A stretch of DNA of 64,000 nt from Lingula anatina (taxonomy: Eukaryota; Animalia; Brachiopoda), in assembly GCA_051362555.1 (NCBI GenBank), contig CM120640.1, positions 56,150,788-56,214,787 on the forward strand, in the 5' to 3' direction. The translations under genes were made by a program, and so were the position numbers. The notes beneath the pieces were generated by a model. It was not told the DNA's origin and made no database searches. It saw nothing but the letters and a program-made list of their open reading frames with translations. Numbering within the stretch: position 1 is the first letter of the stretch; each line of letters opens with the position of its first letter. Below are positions 1 to 12,010 of this stretch, in pieces.

Positions 1-366
1 GATCATCTATTCAGAATGGGGCCTACATGAAAGGAGAGTACTTCCATCTGTAATATTGGTTCTTTTTCATTTCAATGCTAATTGAATATCCACAAACCAC
101 AACTTTTCATTTTTATTTTTTGTATACATCAGAAAAAACTCTTAAGGTGGGTTATAACACCATCACTATTGACATATAAATTGAAGTTATTACATGTGGC
201 ACTATGTATCTGTCAGGTGCAATGGAAACATTGCCAAGCCACTGAAAGAAATTTTGAAGTATAAAGCAAAAGCAACAGCCATTTTCAATCAATTAATAAC
301 CTTGTTATTGTTGAATGTCATGCAACATGAAGTTCCTGTCTTTCATTGTGGCTTGTTATTAAATAA

Positions 367-523
367 GAGACCATTCCCACAGATATTTAGATCAATTTAT
401 CCCCCAGGAGAGTCTCACTGAATTGCTGTCAACTTGGCCGTCTTAAATGTTTGTCATGCCTAGTAAAGCTGTTAGAGGGTAATTATCTTTAGCCTAGCTG
501 ATTTGGTAGGCATGACAGTCTAA
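367..523. mobile_element. Dispersed non-autonomous DNA element family A, degenerate copy 1
   Basis: Shares GACCATTCCCAyAGA, CTCACTrAATyGCT and GGGTAATTA...CTAGCTGATTTGGTA blocks with 5751-5886, 25819-26094 and 62445-62696. Confidence 0.6.
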
Positions 524-3500
524 TATTCACCTTTTATATTTCCTTTAGTTCTTCTGACAGCCCTGTTCATATAGTCCAACTCATTCTTTTTCATAATTTG
601 ATATCAAAATACTGTACCTGTAACCAATTGTCCCAATTCAAAAGTTGAGTTATCTCTTGAATCATGGATATTTGGCATAAATTCCATATTACTATTTCTG
701 ATCTCTGCAGTTGCTGTAACCTTCTGCAACAAGACTGGACCATTGACATAAAGTTTCTACGTATATGTGGCTCAGAAAAAATCTTGGTGCCAACAGAAAG
801 GTAAAAAAACAAGGGTGAGGCATGTCCGCAACCATCAATTAATGTATCCTTGCTATCATCATTTACCAGAGACTACTGGCAAAAGCAGCTACATGTATGT
901 ACCTCAGACACCTATGATGGATATATGCTGCAGTATACATGTTGTACAATGAGGGAGTGACACACACCTTGCAGGGACCAAGCACAAGTTTCATTCATTA
1001 CACAAAACAGCATTTTAACAATAATATTTCCATATGTAGTTTTAACATTAATGGAAACTGTTAAAGGGCACGCTCTTTGTACATAAAAAGAAGATATACT
1101 TTTTTTATTAATCTCAATTCAACTTTCTTTTTAAGATACTGTAGTAACAAACCATTTAGTTTAGTTGAAAAATGTTTTTTAATGTTAGCAAGTCACTTTT
1201 GCTAAAATAGCAAATCTTATATTTTGACTTGGCAATTGAGTTCCACAACAACAATACAATTGCTGCACATCAAAAATATAATCCATTTCCAAGAACAGGT
1301 TGCTAAAGTGATTCAATTTGAAAGGTGAAACATGTAAATCCTCACCAGCTGATGAGGTACAACTAATAAAGACCTAAACCGTGTTTCCAGCTCTGTCTTC
1401 ATGAATGTTACAAGTGGAACCCTAGTTCAACCAGAAAGCACTATAACCATGCATAGACTGCACACTTAAGACAACAGTTACTAAATTATCAACTCCAGTC
1501 ATACTTCATTGTGGGTTTTTCCCCCCATTGAAAAGATAAAGTGATTACTGTATGGGTCCTGAGACTTTTGAATTAACATAACACTGGTGACTTAAGACAG
1601 ATAGGTAAAAGGGTCAAGATAGAATGATATGTTGTCTGTGGAACTCATCATTCAAGGTCTTTATGTCCTAACAACTTAGGTCACTTGAGCTGGGTTAAAC
1701 CTGACCAGCATTTATGACCACTTGTATAGATGAAACCTTCTAAATAAATTCAGTACAGTGTACCTTTGTACACTATTATGAATTTTATCCTATACTTAAT
1801 GAAAGTATTCAAAATAGTTGTGTGTACAGTTAACATTCAGATGTGGCTGTTGATCAAATAAAATTGGGTGAAGGAGCATAGCTAAACCAATATTTACATT
1901 ATTTGCCCATCCTTTGACTTTTTGCTTAAAGATCCTCTTTACCGTTAAGTACCTAATTTAAATGCTAATATTTGCCTTGCCTTCTAAAACATTCTTGAGC
2001 TTTAAAAACATAAAAGCTGTTTTTAAAAACCAAATGCCCACTTAAGAACAAAACCAAGTCATTACAACTGATAGCTTATCTCAAGGCAAGGGAAACCTGT
2101 TGAAAAAGCTCTCACAAAAAGCAACAGAGCCATGAGAATATAAATGGTCCACAAATACATTGTGGGGCAATTTTACTGAGAATTTGACACACTAGTACAA
2201 TCTGAAGCAATGGTTTAGTTATAGCCTTTTGAATGCCCAAGTTACAGCTATATCCAGTAATGTGAAAAAAAAGCACTACTAACCTTGAACGAGACATATT
2301 TTCAGTACAGCATCCAGCATCTTTATGTGTGCTGTACGTAAGCTTCCCTCTCAGATGCTGCTCAAACTCACGTGCTCAAGTAGTCTAACACCTGTATTAT
2401 ACATAAAACCTGTATTAGACATAAAGTAAAAAGCAAAAGTTCATCAGTATATCACACTTAATTAGCTATCCTTTAATATTTACTGGAAACGGTATTCACT
2501 TTAATGTTAAAAAAGGTGCATAGATTACACAAAACACCTTCCCTGTGAACTGGTATCTCTATTCAGTATGATGTTATAAACATCAATTTTAAGATGATGG
2601 CCTAAATTATCATTGTAAATTGGTATATGACTTCAAAAATTGTGCCACATAAAGCTCAAAAGTGAATCATGTATCATAGGGCTAGCTCCCATTGAAACTA
2701 TCAGTCTCTGTAGATTGATCCAACTCTGTTGAATGCAATCAGTTGAACAGATTAACATGCTTTCCCTTCTTTTCCAGCATAATGGTATAAGCAAGTAAGG
2801 CCCAAACACATCACCAAATTTTCTATTAATTAGATTGTATAAAACATATTTTGCACATAACATTCTGAGAATGAATTAGTTGAGAAAAGTCTTTGTCCAG
2901 AAGGGCATCCTATTGGAATTAAAAACACTATATATTAATCTTTTTGACTGGTGGATAATGTAAGACCTAAACACAGCTCCCTTGACTACCACACACAACC
3001 ATGAGCATTATTGCTGTTGCCATACTATTTTTTACAGACTTACCCCTTCTTTACACTTTTCAGCATAAATCCAACAGCACTACTGATATATTTTGTGTTT
3101 CCCCACTTCTCTATGAGCCATGGTGTCAATTCATAGATAGTGAAGTGGGAAAAACTGAAAGGGGGGGGGCAGTGGTAAATATATAAAAAACATGTTGAAA
3201 CAGCAGTTATCATAATGTTCATAATTGTGTATAGTAGTTAGGGAGTCCTGAAACAGGTACATCAATTATTTGTGTTTGTATCAAAACAAACCTCATGTAG
3301 TTGTAGTGCTCTTAAGAAAGCAGACTCTATCCTTACTTTGACAGACAACACTTTTGTCGCCCTCATGCAAAACTCTACCCCCTCTCCTGTGGAGACCATG
3401 TCCCAAACCCAGCCTAGTAACAAGCAGACAGTCGCCACCAACTTTTTTTTCAAGATGAAAGAATTATACTGACAATAAAGCACAAGTGGTTCCATGTGTA

Positions 3501-5750
3501 ATTCATTTAGATATTTATGAGCCATTTCTTCCAGGGCATAATATCCTCCCAAAATTTGTCAAGTCAAATTCAGCTGTTTTAGCTGATGAAAAATGCATTG
3601 GTTACTTGTGCATGGACATTTTTTCTCCCAAGCCAGTGTGAAAAAAATTCATATTTCTGGTAAAGCCACAAAACCAATCGGAAAGAAGTAGGTTAAGCTC
3701 AAGAATGGAGTAGATGAACGTTTTCATTACTAAAACATGAAGAAAAAAAGCTGCCTCTACACAAAGGTTTTAAAAATCCATGCACAAAAGGAGAAAATTT
3801 TAACTGCTAGTTCAAACAGACATAATTCGAAAGGAGCTTGGAAGAAAAGATGTTAAAAAATGTGGCACATTCACTACTGGTGCTTTGCCAAGCAGTGTTA
3901 CTTCTTTCCTCAGAGCCCACAGTAACTTAATGCATGATGCAGAAAATTGTTGCATACTTTTCTCTTTTAAAACTTGAAAACAGAAGCTGCTTAAGTAATC
4001 ATGCAATAAAGCAGTAACACACGACTGTTTCACATGTGTAGCTTACAGATTTCAAAAATTGAAATCGTTTGTATGGCATGAAGTTAAATTCTATTTCTGA
4101 GAAACCAATAATGAATACAATTGGCAAATAATTCTACTTTTGAAACAATAAAATAATTTTAATGCTCACCTTAAATGTGGTCTCTCAGTAGTTGTGCCTC
4201 GTGTTAGGTTCTTGTTTTGACAGTTAGTAAACTGATTCTTTACATTTTATGTCTGTATTCATCTACATGTACTATGGGACTAACCAGGCAACAAGTTCTC
4301 TCCTTGAATCTTTACCTCATCAATAATGCATTGCAATTATGTCTTCCATTCTGCTCTCATTGGACAGTCTCTTCAGCTTGAAAAACTTGACTCCACTATA
4401 AAATGTTTGCTTCACTGCCTTGAGTCTGTGCTTGAAGAATTTTTGAATGACTCATTCCAACACTCTCTGTGTTAGGACCAGGTTTCCTCTGAAAATAATA
4501 CTAAACCACTGTATAGTTTCTCCCCCAAGTTTGACTTGTCACAGACTTGACCTCTATGTTGACCTGCAGCATGTCAATCAACTGATGAATAACTCCTTGT
4601 AGTCAGAGCTATGCTGTCTTATGTTTTAGTTAAACAAAACACTCCCTTTATCTTTTTATTGACTTGGTTGTTATTAAACCCAGTTAGCTGATGAAAGTTA
4701 CCACGTTCACAGTGCCCTAAGTCAAAGGTCATATCTACTACTGGGATTTTATCAAGCACTGCTTTTTTCTCCATTAAAGTGCGTCACAAAGTATTCCTTG
4801 GAGTCTGTTTCATAACATATTATAACTGTGAGCAAGAAAATCCATTGTTTTTTGCAGAACAAGTAACAAGTCTAGACTAGGCCTATAGCAGTCATCCAAT
4901 TATGGCAGATATGTACAAAATCTCCATTTTTCAAGTGTCTTCTCTTGAGAGGCTGTTACCAATATTGGTCAAATTCTAATTTTTCATTCACGGTTATGTT
5001 GATGGTAATAATTAACTATCCAGTAAGGTATTAATCTTAACGCTAAGTGGTGTGATGGAATATTGAAATATAAAAACAATAAAGGTAGCATGCCAACCAA
5101 AAACTTTTGAAGGAGCAAGTAAAAAAGGTCTGGATTCCTGACCTTTCTGCGACTCAATACTTTTTTTTATGAAAGTAGTAGATACAGTGAATGTCATGGG
5201 TAATGTTGTGTGACACACTTAAAATGACATTTGCCTAACTATTATATCAAAGAGCAATTACTGTGAATCTGTTCACTAAAGATAAAATTTATTTTTGTAC
5301 AAACACAATTAATAACCTCTCCCTGGGAATACAGATCAAAGTTAATGAAAAGAAAACACCAGTTTGTGATGTGATGGAGTGTTTTATGGAAACTGAGATG
5401 CACAATTTAGTTAGGTCATTTATCACATACAACTTTATTCCTCTATGGATAAAAGGAAATCTTTCTTGCACTGCACCACACCCAATGTAATATGTCTGTC
5501 TCAGACAATCTTTTTTCCAACCAGTACTTTTCTTTGTCTCATGTGTTCATAGTGGTTTAAGTGTTAAGGCTGCATGTTGTAGGTTTCTCTCTTCCCCCAT
5601 ACAATACAACTCTCTCTTCAGAATTGTCATAAGGCAAGTTCTAGTGGTACAAGTATCTAAACATGTTTTCCTTACTAAAACAGGTTTTTATTCTAAAAAG
5701 GGCAATGTGAAAAACTGCACAGATCAGATCTCCTCTAATTTCCCTTCCTC

Positions 5751-5886
5751 TTAGACTGGGTTCCCATGCCTAGGTCGATCCAACAGGATCGGGATAACTC
5801 CATGTGGATTCACACTAAATTGCTATCAACTTAAACGGCTTAAATATCAATCACTCCTACCAAATCAGCTAAGGGTTAATTAACTT
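5751..5886. mobile_element. Family A element, partial copy 2
   Basis: Approximate reverse complement of 25965-26094 (TTAGrCTGGGTTCCCAT.CCTAG.TC.ATCCAACAGGAT...CTAAATTGCTATCAACTTA...CCAAATCAGCTA.GGG.TAATTAACTTT). Confidence 0.65.
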
Positions 5887-5920
5887 TATCAATCAATTAA
5901 TATATAAAGTAAGTAAGAAA

Positions 5921-6094
5921 TTAATGGATTATCACCAAAATCAAATCATTTCTTCCTTGACACATTTGTTACCTATCCTGAAAATTTCATCAAAATGTGC
6001 CCTTGACTTTTGTGTAGGTGCTGTCCACAGACAAACAAATAAACAAACCCACAATCCAATGGTAACAAAAACATAACCTCCTTGTTGGAGGTAA
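5921..6094 (+). mobile_element. Helitron/Helentron-like non-autonomous element, 3' part
   Basis: AAAATTTCATCAAAAT core, (ACAA)n microsatellite, and terminal hairpin ACCTCC-TTGTT-GGAGGT followed by AAT. This architecture is typical of such elements in aquatic animals (recalled). Confidence 0.55.
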
Positions 6095-8231
6095 TGGCGT
6101 GAAAGTGTGAGGTAAGCCCTTTTTTTTACTTACACCAAGTGAAAAAAATGGGCTTAAAAATCTATATCTATTTTGTGTTTGGAACTCATTAGAGAGACAG
6201 TCAATAAGAGTTAAAACTGTAAAAGACCTCAGGAATATTAGACAATTGTATTTTTTCAGTCAAAACGACATATACTCCGTATACTGTCCTTATAGGCATA
6301 GATGAAGGCACACAAAGGTGCATGTATAATGCAAATAAATGTGCTACTTGCATGTGTGTCAGGTTGGGGGGTCTTGAAGATAGCTACATTTGAAAGTGTA
6401 ACTTCAGTGCCATACAATGAATTTAGGTTTTGGGGATAAATTTATGAGGCAACAAAACTAATTATTTTAGAGCAAACGCAGGAAAAGGATTGTTTTTTTC
6501 AGTCACAATGACAAAAAACAAAAGCGAATCATGCAAACACAAAATTCATTCTCTTATGGGTAGACAAATACCCCTATATTACATTTATAAATATTTTGTT
6601 GAAGAAATAGGACAAATTACACAATAAAAAAAAGCTGTACTGTACATCGTAAATGTCTTAATGTGTTTATCATTGACATATAGGAATGTTACCAGTAAAA
6701 AGCTTCCAAAATGCAAGTCACTTCAGATCTCATATATGTTCTGATACTGAAACATCAAAGTGAATGCTTAAAAAATGATTATTAACAGGAAGCAAGGCAA
6801 AAACAAGTCAATTAAGACTTTATACCATTAAACAAATAGCTTGAGGTAAAACCGTATTTTATCAGAGTTCTTTAAGGTCAACACCTGACTGAGTAGGTCC
6901 TCATTAGCCTTCACCAAATAATACATCATACATACATGATTACTTGGAACTAATAATAAAGTTCAAAAGTACTTCATATTTTACGTTTTGTCAGGTACAA
7001 GATGTGAATTCACCTATTTTAATTAGATTGTTAGCAAAGAGTTTTCTTGGATTTTTCAAGTACATCTGGGCCAAGTAAGCAAATTTCTATTCGAAATAAA
7101 GATATATTTTAGCAAAGAAAGCTCATTATAACTTGCAAATAGAACTTCTTAATTGCCCAAGATACATCTTTGCTCTATGTAGCCACTCTTCAAAGTTGTC
7201 ATGTTGTAAAAAAGATTCTCTTGAATTATTTCCTTGAACCAGTCTAGGAAGTTTTGATTTGTACTATATTGCAAGATTGCACTATCCCAGTAGTGCCATC
7301 ATGTCCAAGGAATGAATCTCTTGTCACTGAGTGCAAAACAGGCTAAACACAGAGCTATGTGGTAATGTGGTCTGGACCGGAAGGTGGGTAATGGTCCTCT
7401 TTTTTTGTACTTTTTTCCACCACAATACCACATAAGTAATCCCATTATAAATGAGCAAAAGTATATATAAATTACTAAGGCAGCAATTTTTAAACCTGGT
7501 TTATGGGTTCTTAAGAATAAAGCGAATTTTTTTCATTTATAAAAATTGAACTCGCAATATTTATTTTAACATTATTTTTGATGATGTAGGTAGCTGAAAC
7601 TAAAAAGAGCATTTCTTTACTTGTATCTTTAAATGAAACTTTAAACCAGTTTTATTTTTCAATAGAATATTTCTACATAAAAATTATAACAAAGTTACAA
7701 ATCTTCCCATTGTTTTTATCCTTTGGTCTACCTAGTATTGTCTTTCTCTTTCCCTGCCTACAAAAGCATTTAAAATGATTATTAAAGATGTGACCATATC
7801 CACTGCATCAAATGCCCAATCATTCCGGAAATGGCTTTGGAAGAAACCACCAAATAATACAAAAAGTCAGTCTTCACTGCACATAAATCAATTCAAGAAA
7901 CTTCACCATTTTTTAGCTCAAGACCATATAAACCACTCAAATGAGGTTAAAACAATAAAAAATATCACAAGGGTATCATAAAACATGTCAATCTGATTAA
8001 TCATTAATTAGATCATGTAACTCAAATCTGTGAGAATTGAGCCAGATGTCACACAACAGACAAATCGGTACATGAAAAGCTGGTGATTAAATTAGTATGT
8101 TGAAAATAAGAGGAGGGGGGTCACTCAATTAAACTGATGGCACCATATGTAAATGGCTTGATCTGGGATGAAAGCTGTTCAACACCTCAGAATATGTTCA
8201 AAGTCAATTGCCCCGTTCAGAATGAGAAGAG

Positions 8232-8498
8232 CAGAGTGCTAGCTAGGCCACCACCTAAATATGGCAGACCTATATGAAAGGAAGACTGCTTAATCCTGTA
8301 ATGGTCTCTCGGCCTCTCACACAGCTCCCCACGCATCACCCCTCAACCGGTTGAATTTAGCCGAGATTTAATTACTGTGCCCCTGCAGGAACAATGTGCG
8401 GGGAGGCGTGTGAGAGGCGGAGAGACCATTACATGATTAAGTGGTCTTCCTTTCATGTAGGTCTGCCATATTTAGGTTGTGGCCTAGCTAGCACTCTG
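8232..8498. mobile_element. Foldback-type MITE with ~100-bp terminal inverted repeats
   Basis: CAGAGTGCTAGCTAGGCCAC.ACCTAAATATGGCAGACCTA.ATGAAAGGAAGAC..CTTAATC.TGTAATGGTCTCTC.GCCTCTCACAC mirrored at 8405-8498; no clear TSD. Confidence 0.85.
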
Positions 8499-9759
8499 AA
8501 TGGTCCCAATGCCATGCTTGGAGTCTGAAGATAATCAGGATATCATGTTGAGGCCCCCAATCATTAATAGCAAGTTGGCTACCATATATTCATTAATTCC
8601 AAGTCATTATCAGCACATATGGTAATGTGTCTTTACCAGGTTTCAACAGAAACAGAGCTAACATTAAAACAAACAATCATCACTTTCTTTATCATTCTTT
8701 TTTTTTTGTTGAAGTCTTCTATTATGAAAGAGTTTCTGTTTACATATGATTTCAAGTTAAAATTTTGTTACCATTGTTTCCATTAATGCCCAGTGCTGCT
8801 GAGAGTACAGAATCTAACAAACCCCATAAGACAAAAGGATCACCACTCTGTACAGTAAAATATCCCAATCTAGAAGCCTATAAAAAATCCAAGCCTAAAT
8901 GGAACCATTAAATCTCTTCCATGGACATACATATCTCCCTGTGAGCCTATAAAAACTATCATATTCACTAAGTGAAACATTCAAAATAGCAATAAATAAT
9001 CAAAGGTCATAACCATAGAGACTCATAGAGCAGTTGGCATTTTTGTGCCAGACAAACATTCAAATAGTCTTGAAACATCTTTTCTTGAAGGTGAAAAACA
9101 AATAACTAGATGTTTGAACATGTTTTGATCTTTCATTCTGCACTTGGTAGCTTTTTACAGAAACTTCAAAACTAAATTTGTCACCCATTTGTTATACTAT
9201 ACATGCAAATTTTGTTGTCAAAAAGAATTGCTCAAAACTGAAATCAAATCTGTAACGGAGACTTGCTCAGAAACTACAGCATTTCCCTCTGTTTAACATC
9301 TTTTCCATCCATAAAACTTCATTTTTTGTACTGCTGAATGAAAAGAACAATCCAGCTGAAGATGACAAATGCAAAGCTTATTGCTTGTATCAAGACTGAA
9401 TATGTAACTACATGCTTCAACCAAAAAGCAAAATTATCCTGTAAAATAGCCAAAAAATTGCTGCCAGAACAAAGCTAGAATACAAATAAATACCATTTAA
9501 GTGACAAATGATCGGGCATAATACCATAGTAATTCAGTCAGACTCATTTTCAAACTTGACTCAGTTTTTTCATCTTATAGGTGATGCCAGCAAGTTGGAA
9601 GGAAAACAAAATCTTTTTTTTTTCAGAAACCAATGTAGCAATATCATAAGTAAGGTAAATACATGCCACACACAATCACGATTACTTTTGAAAAAAAAAA
9701 AAAAGACCTCTTTTGTATTGACCAAGATTCCTTGGCTAGATATTTAAAAAAAAAAAAAA

Positions 9760-9804
<45 letters not shown>
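9760..9804. repeat. (TA)n microsatellite flanked by poly-A and poly-T
   Basis: Seen directly. Confidence 0.9.
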
Positions 9805-9808
<4 letters not shown>

Positions 9809-10080
9809 TTTTATTTTTATATCAAACGAAGGCTGTCCTGCATTTTTGCCCTGCCAGAATGTTCAAAGCAAATCTGCAACTTTGGTCTGAAATTATCGAA
9901 GTAAAAAGAAGTGTTCATGGTTCCAGCTTCAGTTCTTCTTTTCAATGCTGATTTCCAGAAGATTACAGCAACACTTAATTCTGCAGTCAAATGTGTTTGA
10001 TGAGATACCACTGTCACAAGGACACTGGATATCAGTAATACTTACACCCTTCGAAAATGCTTTGTCTTAATACTAAAAAA

Positions 10081-10082
<2 letters not shown>

Positions 10083-10120
<38 letters not shown>

Positions 10121-10145
10121 TATTATTATTATTATTATTATTATT
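10083..10145. repeat. (AAT)n immediately followed by (TAT)n, an inverted microsatellite
   Basis: Seen directly; the two halves are reverse complements. Confidence 0.9.
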
Positions 10146-12010
10146 GAAATCTTAAGTATCCATATTTGGTTTGACATAACATCATAAAACTAAAATACGT
10201 AACGAGGGTTCTTTTCTAGGTGGTTCATAATGCTACACTAGTGAAACAATTGAAACACTCCTTGAGAACACTGTTGGTGATGGAAAAAATCAAATTATCT
10301 TTATAATTTGGCAAAGCCTATAGGTTACATATAAGGTGTACTCTCGATAAAAAATATATTAAAAATTACTTATGAAAGGACACATACGGTTTTGAATGAA
10401 ACTGCACCATGTCAGTGATGTACACCTTGTGCAGCACAGATGTCAAATTTCTGTACATGTGCGAAAAGCATGCTTTTTGAACTAAACAAAATGGCAAAAT
10501 TGACACAGCATGCTTAATTTAATTTGCTTTCTGGTATCATTCGATACAGTGCATTGTAAATATTTTGATTGTATGTATAAAAAGCTTAATCCATCAGATT
10601 TTGCTAAAAATGTTTATTTTGTCTATATTGTAGATATTTATAGCGTTATATGAGGCACTAAGGGAATTCCTCCCTCCCTCCCTTTCTTGATAAAAAATAC
10701 CCCATATGGGGTCATGAAAATGATATTTAAAAATGCCTTTCAAACATAGGAAGGTTAATTTTAGGTAATGTATGTGAGAAAACCTTTCTGCTTTGGCAAA
10801 ATGAGCTGAAATAACATTTTTAACTTGTACTTAAACGTTTTGACCGACAGTTATAATTTATCGAAAGCAAGGCAATAGCACTCAACTACAAGAGAAGATT
10901 TGTAGCTACTTAACAATTGGAATTCTATTATAAAATTCCTAGCATGTGGTCAATTAAAATATTTTTTGGTTATTAATGACAACTTCAATAATAACAAATA
11001 TAATAGCACATTATAAGAAAAACTTTCTGCCTTGCTATTAAGTAATCAACTGATATTTTGTACAAATCACAGGCCATAGCATAGCCAAATTGTCTGGGTG
11101 ACCTTGTTCTCATATCAAGGCATGCCGTTTTGTTCCTGTGCTATGTTGTGTAATATTTGCATTAACTGTTTTATATTGCTTTTTAATTAGTTTTTTTTTC
11201 ATCGAATTGGAGAGTCCAATAGGATAAAATAGTCCAAATAATGGGACCAGTCAAAATGACAATACAATTTTTTATACAAGATTGACCATCACAAACACGA
11301 CTCAAGGTCCGATTTTTTTGGTAGAATGACCCATTGAGACTATTACTTTTGATGTTAATAACCATTTGCAAAATTAGCTTTGTTTCTCTTTTTGTATTCA
11401 ATAGTATACTGATATAAATGAAAACTAAAACAACAAGTTGATGTAGTTCAGTTTATATTGACTTCTGAAGCCACAAATGCTTATATATATATAACACACA
11501 GAAGGATTCTTTTCCATTCTATTCCTTGGGAGTTATAAAATCGGGACAAAAAGACAAACTGATTGGTAAAAAAAAAAAAAAAGAAAAAGAAACATACAGT
11601 AATTACTGACATGCTCTTCACAAATACATTTTTACTTCATGAACAGCTGAAGAGTTGTACAGACAGATATTTCACAATCCAGTAATATCATATACTTTAC
11701 CTTGGAGGCATAGGTATACAGAGCTAGGATCTTTTCTATTTGTATTACTTATTATTAAGACTACTAGTATTTTTTACTATTTGAAATCAAATTCCACATA
11801 CAATGACATCTTGTACCAGCATTTATTTTGTATAATTATAATAATGTTAAAATTCAGTTACTTTGTAAATGATACCTGTAATGACTTTTATTGTCTCTCT
11901 TTGCCATTGCCATATTTTTATCAATGTCTATATTCTGTACAGGTATGCATCCTGATCAAGAGAGGGAAAAATAAAATAAAAATTGACACTTCCCAATCCC
12001 CTAAAGTCTT

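Noticed and set aside
844-851. GTATCCTT, a U12-type 5' splice site match
   Set aside because: No convincing upstream exon or downstream U12 branch point; an 8-mer can occur by chance.
82-11401. Many 60-100 aa ORFs in the supplied track
   Set aside because: No recognisable domains, many begin at non-ATG codons, and short ORFs are expected by chance in AT-rich eukaryotic non-coding DNA.
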